DNA of 64,000 nucleotides from a virus: the IMG/VR virus record IMGVR_UViG_3300006750_000002, positions 32,001 to 96,000 of that record; one strand, 5' to 3'. Positions 27,601 to 37,762 of this stretch are shown here, one piece after another. The notes under the pieces are model-generated. The model saw only the letters and a program-made list of their open reading frames with translations. It had not been told where the DNA came from and ran no database searches. Each line of letters begins with the position of its first letter. The first letter of the stretch is position 1. The position numbers and the translations under genes are program-made.

Positions 27601-29806
27601 AGGGAGTAACACTACGACAGGAACAGTAAATAATTCTGGTCCAGTTTATTCCGCACCCGCGGCAGGATGTAGGTATGTTACCATATCTAGTATTGAATAT
27701 GAAGATATTGCACAACCAGAACCAGAACCGGAACCTAAACCTCCAGTGGATAGGAAACGAGTTAGGCCTATACAACAACAGGAACAACTTAATATAGAAA
27801 ATGACAAAAATACCCGAAGAGAAATAGCCAACAAAGTTCTAATGAAAATGGTTACCGAGTGTGATTATTTCGACATGATTCAAGAAGAGAATGAATTTAT
27901 ATATGATTCTTTGAAACAAAAGTTTAAATTTTTTCACCCCGCATTTCACGCTATTACACCAGAAGGGTTAAACAGTAGGTTGACTTTTCTTAATCAGTGT
28001 GTTAGGCCAGGAGCGACCATCCCTACCGCCACCAAAAGTGGAACTTTAAACAGAAATGCAGACGCTAAGAACACATCATTCGGTGCACCACCAATATGTA
28101 TTTTACGAATTGGAGATTTTTACCATACAAAAATCGCTATAGACCAGGTGTCCTTTACTTATGATGAGAATCTATTGGATTTAAATCCAGAAGGTATTGG
28201 GGTGCAGCCCATGTTAGCTACTGTTAGTCTTAATTTTAAGTACATTGGAGGACAAGGGTTAAAAGAACCAGTCTCCCAACTACAAAACGCTTTATCCTTT
28301 AATTTCTTTGGTAATACTGAAATGTATGACGATAGAGCAGTTTTAACTGTTACGGATGACAATCCAGATGAAAAAGCGTGGATACAGGAGAACTCTGACT
28401 TAATTGGTAATACTGGACTCCCAAATCCAGAAGGGACCGCAGACGAAACAGATGAAATAGATACTTCAGCAAATGACGGGATTACTATTGGTGATAGAAC
28501 CAACTCATTTGGGGGCACTACAGGACAAACGGGCACAATTAACTATAAAAACAACTGGGTAGACCTAAGTACCGCAGCATATGAATATATCAATAGTACT
28601 AATAATGATATATTTGATTATGTGAAAAATCAAAATTATGTAGGTTTACAAATATTTTTCTCGGAAAAAGAAATGTTTGAAGGTGAGTATTATAGTGCGA
28701 CTGCGGTCCCAGGAAGTTTTAATACTAATAATGGAAAACTAATAGGTAAGTCTAAAGGTTGGGAAACTAGACTAAAGGATTTGGAAGACCTTTATAAATT
28801 TAAAATCACAGACGGTACGACCTATATTCAAAACATAGCTGTTGGGTTAACTTCATCACAAGAAGATAGTTTAAAAGAGTTTTTACAACACCAACTAGTT
28901 GATAGTATACGTGAATATGAGTACCAGTTCACCCAACTAGACCTAGATTTAAAAGCTAGCACCTTAAAGTATGTCAAACACATTAATTCACTTAATATTG
29001 TTAATAAAGGTGGTGATGGGTATGGGGAAAACGGTAAGTGGACCACACTTAAGTTATCGGGAGGGACAGACGTTTATCCCACAGTTAATGGAGCGACCCC
29101 TCCCACAAACACATTAGTAGAGTTAGGCGACGACTATAAAAACCTAACCAACTTAATTACTTTTTATAGTCAAATATATAACGGGGATAGTGCGGGGTTA
29201 ATTATTGGTAATACACTTCTTGATGTTGTGACAGCTAAATTAACTGCACCTAATCAATTTAGTGTTGGATGGGACAATATTAGTAATGACCTCAACTCTC
29301 CCATTAGTGCGTCACTCACCCCCTTCATTATGGAATATTACTTATTTGGTAATAAATTAATTGACCAGGCCACTGTGGATTCATTAGTTAATACTAACAT
29401 ACAACCATTTAAGGATAATAATAATAACTACGTGGGACAATCATCCTTTATAGGTGAAATGGTAGAAGCCTTATACCCACCACCACAAATGACGCCATTA
29501 TGGGTAGACTGGTTTAAAAATGAAGTTTCTGAATACATAACACTTAACGAAGATTTCTATATAAGAAAATTTCTAGATATTAATGACGAATTTCTTACAA
29601 ATGTAACACCCGAAGGTATTAGTACATTATCACAAGGATTAACTGAGTTATCATACCCCGCTAATTTAACTGACCTGAAAGATGATAAAAAACGAGAAAT
29701 GACTTATGAACAGGTTACGGACCAGAGTATAGAAGCCGATATTAGGGTTTACTCGAGTAAGAGAAGTACGGGTCCTGACAGTAGTTTTAATTTAAAATTC
29801 TTTTAA
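24671..29806 (+). CDS. large tail-tube initiator/baseplate protein with an inserted OmpA-like domain
   Basis: Tube-initiator-like halves ('WFPPYDL...FLGRPEPIYTY' and 'PPICILRIGDFYHTK') flank the OmpA motif 'FDGSSSS....YNKNLSQRRLDSV'; TATTTAT at 24646-24652. Confidence 0.6.
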   Translation: MPGSPQNNNFSSLSFSGTKALRDLLLTKNLPNPEGLGPYGNFTNSTYSIASFSVKDVIDQPSVEVNSEMFLNKLYLNNAYGPEGGYSDFIKIYTTSQGIAKVNEGEYPDFTPPETGAGLFGENPFRIVARYYSPMDILLGVSAEGLLSQTLLQDSPLQQAGARQLRFEFQERIAQELYQETIGRLSFVDALQDPIDALDIVTGRQPLINRDYTITQPKSLVGQGLDFVSRLTGIYVPYSYIPGDYFELEPPRGLSSVEKSISDITGILGSLVGIPRRRQSPSQRFLEYTGGGTKSKLFKAIRYNKYGPQYGEGAQAQTAIGAAFGEVIDFVGGGILGFGNNPPNLPQYIGGPRNRIADMTSPPDNTYAGKNYVQMFGPDAVAKEFDSNEYEFGMRGRNYSDQGNVPGGFTWFTDKTPGSGFLNSVGSLFNANANSNRVGPQEPGATQGPEGSTDNTTRHQVPNSYDDTKSTNYKFRQDSLMDTTQQIIDSVPKGGAGLKSVSHAMNQVSKVFNDGYKELTKGSRVKKFVNTDATSGEGIEQSREYCRVWTKDVPYYAYDRLVRFNMNHRKETYSVLDSPYNLNIAPHRTDESGKGSSNIVDGKVKKYMFSLENLAWRTSGEPGFTYDDLPSCEKGPNGGRIMWFPPYDLSVDEASSANWTENNFLGRPEPIYTYNNTNRTGSLRFKIVVDHPSVLNLLVRKELQKLGPEETDAIVDSFFAGCKKYDIFDLARKWKQFSVNELESLNEQLNTAGLTDRATREIINESATENPQETNPTPLPELQSGLYFFFDNDYPDTNTNSTTSTVSYVACAEGSMSQFGQYLVPGASSFEEYINSASEADKPGFRTFFTEDAGKNGGIGSGSAYDQYNNVWPQFARDLKQVLDSGLKNVTLIFDGSSSSIATSAYNKNLSQRRLDSVIKMFDTYEIDGKKAFKQYREDGTLKIPDGNSMGESQCNVDTGGTGEGEEGLGLNETGVIGSNTTTGTVNNSGPVYSAPAAGCRYVTISSIEYEDIAQPEPEPEPKPPVDRKRVRPIQQQEQLNIENDKNTRREIANKVLMKMVTECDYFDMIQEENEFIYDSLKQKFKFFHPAFHAITPEGLNSRLTFLNQCVRPGATIPTATKSGTLNRNADAKNTSFGAPPICILRIGDFYHTKIAIDQVSFTYDENLLDLNPEGIGVQPMLATVSLNFKYIGGQGLKEPVSQLQNALSFNFFGNTEMYDDRAVLTVTDDNPDEKAWIQENSDLIGNTGLPNPEGTADETDEIDTSANDGITIGDRTNSFGGTTGQTGTINYKNNWVDLSTAAYEYINSTNNDIFDYVKNQNYVGLQIFFSEKEMFEGEYYSATAVPGSFNTNNGKLIGKSKGWETRLKDLEDLYKFKITDGTTYIQNIAVGLTSSQEDSLKEFLQHQLVDSIREYEYQFTQLDLDLKASTLKYVKHINSLNIVNKGGDGYGENGKWTTLKLSGGTDVYPTVNGATPPTNTLVELGDDYKNLTNLITFYSQIYNGDSAGLIIGNTLLDVVTAKLTAPNQFSVGWDNISNDLNSPISASLTPFIMEYYLFGNKLIDQATVDSLVNTNIQPFKDNNNNYVGQSSFIGEMVEALYPPPQMTPLWVDWFKNEVSEYITLNEDFYIRKFLDINDEFLTNVTPEGISTLSQGLTELSYPANLTDLKDDKKREMTYEQVTDQSIEADIRVYSSKRSTGPDSSFNLKFF

Positions 29807-29808
29807 TT

Positions 29809-30279
29809 ATGTCCAGATATTATAATAGATATACAGATTTTAATGTGAACGGCGAAAACCTAACTGTTCCGTTTATTAAATTACCTTCATTATCTTCAGA
29901 TAAGAAAACAATATATAAAGTTAATAGGTCTAGGTTAGATAAACTAAGTGAACAATATTATGGAAGTCCATATTTTGGGTGGTTAATCTTACAAGCGAAT
30001 CCTCAGGTAGGTGGGTTAGAATGGTATATAAAAGATGGGCAAGTATTGATTGTTCCGTATCCTTTAGTAGCTTCTTTACAAAACTATAAACAAGCGGTAG
30101 ACGACTATTTCTTTTTCTATGGTAAAAACTTACCCATGAATACCTATACGATACCTAACATCAACTCAACACCAATCACTTATGTGGCACCTGTAAGTAA
30201 CAACACAACTGGAACACAAGGTACCATAAATACCACTAATGGTGGTATTGGGGGAAGTACGTATTCGTCTTCGTATTAA
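29809..30279 (+). CDS. LysM-like baseplate wedge protein (T4 gp53 / P2 gpX-like)
   Basis: 'RLDKLSEQYYGSPYFGWLILQANP...GQVLIVP' pattern. Confidence 0.8.
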   Translation: MSRYYNRYTDFNVNGENLTVPFIKLPSLSSDKKTIYKVNRSRLDKLSEQYYGSPYFGWLILQANPQVGGLEWYIKDGQVLIVPYPLVASLQNYKQAVDDYFFFYGKNLPMNTYTIPNINSTPITYVAPVSNNTTGTQGTINTTNGGIGGSTYSSSY

Positions 30280-30293
30280 TTTAATGATTAATT

Positions 30294-33200
30294 ATGGCAA
30301 ATGAAATTAGTAATGGTGACAACGTCTTAGTAGAATTTTCCGAGAACAACATCCTGTTGGTTGACCCAAGTAGAGTTTTTGAGGGAGGTAAAGTAAAGGA
30401 TAGGTTAGTCGACTCAGAGAACCTAATTATATACGCTAGTTTAAAAGCCAGAGTAGTTCCCCGTAGTAAACTTATTGCGGGAGCAGGAGTAGATAACCCA
30501 ACACCAGAAGCTTTTGTCGATGTATTCGAAGGAGACATCAATTTTTTAAAACCAGAAGGTAAGAGTTATTATACCAGTGATTGGACCGACACTCAAACGG
30601 GAAAGGGATTTGCTACCGCAGGAGGTGCGTTAAACCAAAGAGTTCAAAACACGGTAACAGACCCACGAACTGGACAAGTGAGGGTGAGTGAGGAAATTAG
30701 TAATAGGTTAGATTCGGAAGGTTTTGGAATTAATAATATATCTGTTACTTTAAATAGAGCCTTTACCCCGATTGTAAATATTACATTTACTGACGTTAGA
30801 GGACAAACATTGTTCGAACAAGGCCCTAATTCACCCTATGCTGCGTTTTTCCAATTACCTTACCCCCTATTTAAATTAAAGTTAAAAGGGTATTATGGTA
30901 AAGCGGTAGAGTACCAACTCATGCTAGAAAAATTTAATGCGTCTTTTGATGCGTCTACAGGAAATTATAATGTTACGTGTAACTTTAAAGGTAGGGTTAC
31001 AGCATTGCTGGCTGACATCAACCTACAAGAAATGAGGGTGGCACCATATATGTTTTCGAGGTCTTATGAGGTAGATAATGGTGAAGACGAAAAAACTTCA
31101 TTTTTCACTAGTAGAGGTAGACAAACTTTGAGTCAAGTATATGAAGCGTACAAGGCTAAAGGTCTTATCGATAATCGATTACCGGACCTAACGATTGACG
31201 ATTTAATTGATAGGATTAAAGAGTTAGAAACCGATATAGAAAAAAAATTAAAAAGTTATAACTTAAATGCTTTAGATGATATTGAAAAATATGACAAATA
31301 TAGTACTGGATACCGAAATAAAATATTGGCAAGTGGAGGTTGGAGAGCCACATATATAGATACAGACATAAACTCGATTACGGGACCTCAGGTAGATGTA
31401 AAAACTGATAAAGTTTATTACATGTTTAAAAAGGTATATAGGGATAATCCCGTAAAACAAAAAGACGCTTTTGAAAATTTAAAAAAGAGGATAAAAGAAG
31501 GTAATGAGGGTCTTTTAGGTAATAAAACGTTTGGTACGGGGGGTGAACAAGCTATCCCCGTAGACATCAGGTATGAAGATTTATTGGCCGCTCCTCCGAC
31601 AGGATTTGAAGATAGCACTAATAGCTGGTTTACTTTTGAGATATTCGAAGAGAAAATAGGGAAAATAATTACCGTGTTCAACACTAAAAGAACCGAGATA
31701 GAAAAAACTTTAACTGCCGCGGTAAACACTGTAGTAGTAGAGTCACTAGGTTTCAACCCCACAGTAAGAAACATATTTGCTATATTTATTTCTCACGCGG
31801 ATACCTTTCTAAGGTTGATGGACGAAACCCACAACCAAGCCTTTGCTGTTAGAGAAGACCCTAACAGGTTAAACTCGATTAATGGTACGGGTAGCCCCAG
31901 TAGTACTGATGAGGTTGTTATGGTATACCCCTGGCCTCATTACTACCTAGAAGAAACGGACGAAAACGGACCACAATATGTTAGCACTTACCCTGGGTCT
32001 ACTAATGTACTTGGACAAACTAAGGCTTACGACGCCACCCTTTGGCCTGAAGTTAACTTTGTGGAGGAATTTTTTAAAGCACAAGTAATAGGTAATGTGG
32101 ATAGTAAACCCGAGTTTGCGTTAAATACCGTTGGTGGAAATTGGGTGCCTATCACCTCATTTGAGTTAGGAGAAGAACAGGTTTACATTAATAAATCTAT
32201 AGTACCATTCAACTATGAAATATGGGACCGTTCCATAGTCTTTTCATGTTTTTCTGGATTGTCTACACGACTTAAAGAAAACGTGGCAAAAAATACATTT
32301 TATGAACTAGCTAAGGTAGAAGCCGCTAACATCAAAGAGTACTTAACTGGGTTATTAGACCTTAACGAATTATTGAAAAACCAAACTTTCAACTACAATA
32401 CGTTTTTAACTTACTTAAAAGAAATTTCACCCCTAAATAACTACCAACTACTAATTAGGGACCAATTTAATACACCATATATAAGACTTAAAAGTAATAG
32501 CGGGAGATTTACTCTAACACCCTTTAACACTTTTAAATCACTAACATACCAACTAAATAACGGGGAAATAGAGAGTTCTTTATCTACGTTAGATAATGTT
32601 TTGTCTTCTGGAAATGTTAGGGATAATAACATCTTGGAGACATTTCCATTTTCTCATTTTGTTTCAAACGACCCAAACACTTCTTGGACAGTAAATAATT
32701 TAGCTGCGGGACCACAAATATCTAGTTATGAGTCTTTAAATAGTATACAACAAAGTCTAGCATATCAACAAGACCAAAAAGTATTCGCTTCTATAATACC
32801 GGACAATACCACATCTTCGGTATTGGAAGATATTCAATTTTATACTGACGCGGATTGGGCGTCTAAAACAGCTATAACAGATTTAGCGACTAAAATTGAT
32901 ACTAGATTTATCAATAATCAAAACACTAGAAATTCTTGGGAGGTTTTTTATGAAAAAGTACAACTCCAAACAGACAGTAGTTATGTGTGTAATCAAAATT
33001 TAGTCACAACAGAGGGAGACCTAGATTATGGAGATAATTATGAGGGGGAAATCTTCTCTAAACAAATTACTTCATTGTTGAATACCCCATACTTTATTAA
33101 TAGTATGGTCGAGGGTGTAGATAACGAGATTAATAATATTGACTCACCTTATAAGTCAGCCGCTTACCTATTCTTACATTCTTTACCCCTACCTACCTTA

Positions 33201-36200
33201 AGGGAAAAAACATTACTATCTAATCAGTCTACGTATAATTTATATGGTGACTATATCGCTAAAACTCTGAACCAGGTGTCCGCGACACATCCATTACCTA
33301 GTGCTTGGATTTTAAAATATGGGGCAATTTGGCACAGATATAAGGAGTTCATTAATAATAATACGGACTTTTTAACTTCGGTATGGACAGATTTCGACGC
33401 TAACACATATTTTAACAATGGTAGTGGTTTGGTGTACACATATGATTTAAATGTGGGTCCTAATAACAATTTAATGAGTTTCGGAGGACAGTGGTCCCCT
33501 ACCCCCACGATGGACCAACTTAATTTAGGTTTTTACCCTGAACTAAACAACTATATTTATTATTTCGTTACTGGGGAGTTATTATATGACGGATTTAACA
33601 TTAGTGGGTTCCCCATAACAGATAACCAAGTCAACCAACTTATAACCCAAGAAGCTTTATATTTAAAGAATGCGGAAGAATTAACCATAACCTCCTTAAC
33701 GACGGACCCAATACAGACCAGAGCAAATTTTTGGTTTAACTACTACGATTTAACTATGGAGTCTTATTTAAGTGGTTATACTACGGAACAATATCTATTA
33801 TTTCCGTGTGAAGGTGGAATGAAGAAATCCCAAGTGGAATTTGAAGTTAGTTCACCATATTCCTTAACTAATAACCCCAATGTAACTAATGGAGCGGCAC
33901 GGCTTGTCTGGTCACTTTCTAACTACGGATATTTTGAACACCATCAGAACACTTTTCCACAACCAGACCAGTACCTAAAGAAAATAATGGTAGACCAAGA
34001 AGAACAACTTTCTTTTAACATTACCAATAATGAAGAATATGCGTCTATTGAAGAATTATTTGACATATTTAGTCCCGAAATTTTAGATACGTTTGAAGGG
34101 TACTTCTTAAATTTTAGTGAGACGTTTAATGTTGACCCCCCCATTGCTTACGAAAAAGAAGACATAATGAGTCTAAATTTCCAACAGATAGTTAGGGAAT
34201 TCTTAAAAATAGACCAAAATAAGGTTAACGATAGTCAAAGCAATACACAGTTAAGTTACAATTTAGGACAGACACAATTAAATAAAATTAATTCTACACT
34301 TAGAGAATTTCTAACCCACCAAAAGGCTTTTAATTTTTATAATCCTAAAGATATTAATCTAGAAGTGTTTAGAAGTTTGACACCTTCTTCAGGAGCAACA
34401 CCAACGGTCTCGTTTGGTAGGTATACGGGGAACTTACCACCAGATATAAGTTTAATTGATTCAACCACACTATATCTTGATGAATGGAAAGAATTAAGGA
34501 AACAGGTGGGGTTCTACACTAACTCACTCTCATCTGCTTACACATTAAACTTAATCTATAATGATAGTGGAAATTATGTTACTGAATTTTTTCGTGAGCT
34601 TAATATTGAGTTTAACGTACCTAATATAAAATTGTTAAGGAAAATAATTAGAATGTATGTGACCGTTAGAATTGATGCGGGGGCTACCGAGAATATTGAC
34701 AATGTAGAATTCTTACAAAGAATAAAAACTGAAGTTGTAGAATCTTGGGAATTCTCCCAGTTCGATTTCCTTAACCAACTATTCATACAACTTAAGACGG
34801 TATTACCACAGACAGCTGAAACTCAGATAGAGGAATTTACTGACAATTCCACTTATAATAGTGACGAAAATAAACTTGAACAATATCAAGTATTTAAGAC
34901 TCTAAACGATAAGTGGATTTCAGGTGAGGAGTTTAGTAATAAATACCTATTTGAAGATTTTTTATTTTATGATGTGGCTAATAGAGATATTGGGGACAAA
35001 GCAATAATAACCACGGATGCCATTAAAAGTTTCGGACACATTAATAACACCAATAAAAGTTTATTAACTATAATCGGTTCTTTACTACAAGGTAATTTCT
35101 TTAACTTTATGGGGATGCCTTCCTATATTAATTTTTATGGGATGACATCTAATGGGGACACCCCGATACCTAAACTAAGCACACAAGACGAAGCAGACGC
35201 ACTTTTTGGTACACATCTAGAAGTTGACACATTAGATTCAGGACCAAAATTTTTATGCCAATATGTTGGCCCACCATCTACACAGTTAGGTGGGGAACTC
35301 ACCAAAAAGAGCAAATATGAAAACGATTCATTTATGTTGGGGAGAACCGTCCAAAACCCACTACTTTCTACCGATTATGACCCACAAAAAAATAATAAAG
35401 TTGTGGCGTTTGCCGTAGATTTTGGAATACAAAGTCAAGGTGTATTTAAAGGGATTAGTTTAGACCAAAGTGAATTTAAAAATACTTCCGAATCCTTTGT
35501 TGTTACAGAGGCTATGGCACAATCCGCTAACGATAAAAGTATAATGACCCAAGGGCTCAGTTTATTTAATATATATAAAAGTCGTTCCTATACGTGTAAG
35601 ATAGAAGCGATGGGGAACGTTTGTATCCAACCCACAATGTATTTTGAATTACGACACGTACCTATGTTTAGTGGGCCATACCTTATATTGGATGTAGAAC
35701 ATAACATACAACCCAACACTATGACTACTACCTTTACTGGTGTTAGGGTCCCTTTCCACAAAATGCCTGAAATAAGTCAATTGGTGGCTAAGGTAAATCA
35801 AACATTTTTAAATAAAGTAAGGAAGAAAGTTAAACAAGAAAAAGAAATTGCGAGAAAAGGAGGGTTTGAAGCTGAAAGTGATACTGAACTTGAATCAGTT
35901 AAAAAAGGAAATACTAATTTTATAGGTAGGGACGACGATAAGGTAGATTATATTATCATCCATGTTACAGCGGGTGTAGATTACGGTGCCGACCCTATCA
36001 GTAACATCAATCAACAACATCTAAATCGTGGATTTGCGGGTATTGGATACCACTATCTAATATCTAGAGGTACCGGAGGTAGTAAACCAGACGGTACATT
36101 ATATGGTGCAAGACCTTATGGTAAGGTTGGAGCACACGTACTCGGACACAATGAAAGGTCAATAAGTGTGAGTATGATTGCTAATTGTGATAAAATGGGG

Positions 36201-36710
36201 ACTTATACTTCAGTTGGAGATTATGCGACAGATAAACAAAAGGATACATTAGAATGGACCTTATTGTATTTGTTATTTAAAGGTGGACTATTTAAAGTCA
36301 AGGAATCCCAAACGGGCAGGTATGGGGTAATAGTTAAAACAGGTTCGGGAGACGAGTTGGTGGAAGACCCCACGGAAATTACAGACAATAATAAAGGGGT
36401 GGTCCCTAATTTATGGAAGAATGTCTTAAAAGGGCATAATAATTTTTCCAATAAGAGATGTCCATGTTTTAGAGTGGAGAGAGAATTGGAGGGTAGATTG
36501 GGGGTAAACCTAAGAAAAAAATTAGCGATAGTGGTAAATGAGTTAAATAGTATTGCACAATTTAACCCATTTAACAGTGATGAAACATCACAAGAAAAAA
36601 TGATAGACATTATAGGTTTAGGTAAAAGAGGAAGTGGTGGTGCTTATGTTCCTAGTCCGTGGGAGACCAACTCGGGACAATTTGGTGGAAACGATTTAGC
36701 TATGAACTAA
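30294..36710 (+). CDS. baseplate hub protein (gp27/GpD-like) with a C-terminal N-acetylmuramoyl-L-alanine amidase
   Basis: Hub C-terminal motif 'CKIEAMGNVCIQPTMYF...GPYLILDVEHNI'. The T7-lysozyme-type amidase shows IIIHVT, GIGYHY, GAHVLGHN, GHNNF and KRCP. Confidence 0.8.
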   Translation: MANEISNGDNVLVEFSENNILLVDPSRVFEGGKVKDRLVDSENLIIYASLKARVVPRSKLIAGAGVDNPTPEAFVDVFEGDINFLKPEGKSYYTSDWTDTQTGKGFATAGGALNQRVQNTVTDPRTGQVRVSEEISNRLDSEGFGINNISVTLNRAFTPIVNITFTDVRGQTLFEQGPNSPYAAFFQLPYPLFKLKLKGYYGKAVEYQLMLEKFNASFDASTGNYNVTCNFKGRVTALLADINLQEMRVAPYMFSRSYEVDNGEDEKTSFFTSRGRQTLSQVYEAYKAKGLIDNRLPDLTIDDLIDRIKELETDIEKKLKSYNLNALDDIEKYDKYSTGYRNKILASGGWRATYIDTDINSITGPQVDVKTDKVYYMFKKVYRDNPVKQKDAFENLKKRIKEGNEGLLGNKTFGTGGEQAIPVDIRYEDLLAAPPTGFEDSTNSWFTFEIFEEKIGKIITVFNTKRTEIEKTLTAAVNTVVVESLGFNPTVRNIFAIFISHADTFLRLMDETHNQAFAVREDPNRLNSINGTGSPSSTDEVVMVYPWPHYYLEETDENGPQYVSTYPGSTNVLGQTKAYDATLWPEVNFVEEFFKAQVIGNVDSKPEFALNTVGGNWVPITSFELGEEQVYINKSIVPFNYEIWDRSIVFSCFSGLSTRLKENVAKNTFYELAKVEAANIKEYLTGLLDLNELLKNQTFNYNTFLTYLKEISPLNNYQLLIRDQFNTPYIRLKSNSGRFTLTPFNTFKSLTYQLNNGEIESSLSTLDNVLSSGNVRDNNILETFPFSHFVSNDPNTSWTVNNLAAGPQISSYESLNSIQQSLAYQQDQKVFASIIPDNTTSSVLEDIQFYTDADWASKTAITDLATKIDTRFINNQNTRNSWEVFYEKVQLQTDSSYVCNQNLVTTEGDLDYGDNYEGEIFSKQITSLLNTPYFINSMVEGVDNEINNIDSPYKSAAYLFLHSLPLPTLREKTLLSNQSTYNLYGDYIAKTLNQVSATHPLPSAWILKYGAIWHRYKEFINNNTDFLTSVWTDFDANTYFNNGSGLVYTYDLNVGPNNNLMSFGGQWSPTPTMDQLNLGFYPELNNYIYYFVTGELLYDGFNISGFPITDNQVNQLITQEALYLKNAEELTITSLTTDPIQTRANFWFNYYDLTMESYLSGYTTEQYLLFPCEGGMKKSQVEFEVSSPYSLTNNPNVTNGAARLVWSLSNYGYFEHHQNTFPQPDQYLKKIMVDQEEQLSFNITNNEEYASIEELFDIFSPEILDTFEGYFLNFSETFNVDPPIAYEKEDIMSLNFQQIVREFLKIDQNKVNDSQSNTQLSYNLGQTQLNKINSTLREFLTHQKAFNFYNPKDINLEVFRSLTPSSGATPTVSFGRYTGNLPPDISLIDSTTLYLDEWKELRKQVGFYTNSLSSAYTLNLIYNDSGNYVTEFFRELNIEFNVPNIKLLRKIIRMYVTVRIDAGATENIDNVEFLQRIKTEVVESWEFSQFDFLNQLFIQLKTVLPQTAETQIEEFTDNSTYNSDENKLEQYQVFKTLNDKWISGEEFSNKYLFEDFLFYDVANRDIGDKAIITTDAIKSFGHINNTNKSLLTIIGSLLQGNFFNFMGMPSYINFYGMTSNGDTPIPKLSTQDEADALFGTHLEVDTLDSGPKFLCQYVGPPSTQLGGELTKKSKYENDSFMLGRTVQNPLLSTDYDPQKNNKVVAFAVDFGIQSQGVFKGISLDQSEFKNTSESFVVTEAMAQSANDKSIMTQGLSLFNIYKSRSYTCKIEAMGNVCIQPTMYFELRHVPMFSGPYLILDVEHNIQPNTMTTTFTGVRVPFHKMPEISQLVAKVNQTFLNKVRKKVKQEKEIARKGGFEAESDTELESVKKGNTNFIGRDDDKVDYIIIHVTAGVDYGADPISNINQQHLNRGFAGIGYHYLISRGTGGSKPDGTLYGARPYGKVGAHVLGHNERSISVSMIANCDKMGTYTSVGDYATDKQKDTLEWTLLYLLFKGGLFKVKESQTGRYGVIVKTGSGDELVEDPTEITDNNKGVVPNLWKNVLKGHNNFSNKRCPCFRVERELEGRLGVNLRKKLAIVVNELNSIAQFNPFNSDETSQEKMIDIIGLGKRGSGGAYVPSPWETNSGQFGGNDLAMN

Positions 36711-36759
36711 TTCAGTGGTTTACAATTATTGTAATATTTATATATAAAATAAGATTATT

Positions 36760-36966
36760 ATGAAAAACATAGAAAAAAATTTAGACACATTTCTAGGCAA
36801 CAAAACACAACCTAACAAAAATGTTAAGGTCGAAGAAGAAGGCTTTGAAGAAGTTTGTGATAAAGATACTGGGGAATGTACAACCGTTAAGTCGAAAGAC
36901 GGACTTATTGAAAGAGTCAATAAAAAAATAATCGTAGAAGACGGTAGAAGTCTTTTAATGGATTAA
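36760..36966 (+). CDS. small hypothetical protein
   Basis: 68 aa with 'EEVCDKDTGECTT'; TATTTAT at 36735-36741. Confidence 0.6.
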   Translation: MKNIEKNLDTFLGNKTQPNKNVKVEEEGFEEVCDKDTGECTTVKSKDGLIERVNKKIIVEDGRSLLMD

Positions 36967-36978
36967 AAAAATATTAAA

Positions 36979-37701
36979 ATGGGTCGTAGAAAAGAAATTG
37001 AAAATATTTTATCTGAAGAATTAAAAAGATTTAATCAGATAGGTGGGTATGTTGAAGGCCTACATGAACAATTTTTAGGTTTTAGTAACGTTAAAAGTGA
37101 ATTGGGTGAGCAAGCAGAAGAGGGTGACGAAACTACAACTGATGATTCAGATGATTTAAATATTGAGTTGGAAGATACTACGGATACTGGTGACGATACA
37201 AACACAGAAGAAAGTGGTGAGGATTTAAATATTGAGATGGACGACTTAGGTACAGAAGAAGATTTGGACTTAAATGAACCTAGTGGAAATTCAGAAGAGA
37301 TTGACGTTACCGACATAGTAACCATTACTAAAGAAACTGGTGAAAAAACGGAAGAGTTGGAAGGCACTATAGGAAAACAAAAAGATAGTATTGATTCTCT
37401 AATCTCTAAATTAGATGACCTGGAAACCAAACTAAATGGTATGGATAAAGTAATGGCGTCCATAAATGACTTAGAAGGTAAGATAGAAGAGTACAGACCA
37501 CAAACACCAGAAGAAAAACTAGAACTTCGTTACTTAGATAGTGGACCGTTTAACCAGTCACCTAAAAAATATTGGGAGGATAAAAAAGGAGATTTGAAGA
37601 AACAAAAAGACAAACATGAGTACGTATTAACTTCGGATGAAGTGGAGAACGTAAACGACAATGATATCAAAAATAGTTGGGCCTACAGTCCAGAAGATTA
37701 A
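36979..37701 (+). CDS. acidic coiled-coil protein, scaffold or head-internal-like
   Basis: D/E-rich middle and a coiled coil, with N-terminal 'ILSEELKRFNQI'. Confidence 0.5.
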   Translation: MGRRKEIENILSEELKRFNQIGGYVEGLHEQFLGFSNVKSELGEQAEEGDETTTDDSDDLNIELEDTTDTGDDTNTEESGEDLNIEMDDLGTEEDLDLNEPSGNSEEIDVTDIVTITKETGEKTEELEGTIGKQKDSIDSLISKLDDLETKLNGMDKVMASINDLEGKIEEYRPQTPEEKLELRYLDSGPFNQSPKKYWEDKKGDLKKQKDKHEYVLTSDEVENVNDNDIKNSWAYSPED

Positions 37702-37725
37702 TAAAATTAACCACATAATATTGGA

Positions 37726-37762
37726 CAAAAAAAGGGGGAGGTCATTGACTTCCCCTTTTTTG
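37726..37762 (+). terminator. intrinsic terminator overlapping the ssb promoter
   Basis: A7-GGGGGAG-gtcattga-CTTCCCC-T6. Confidence 0.75.
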
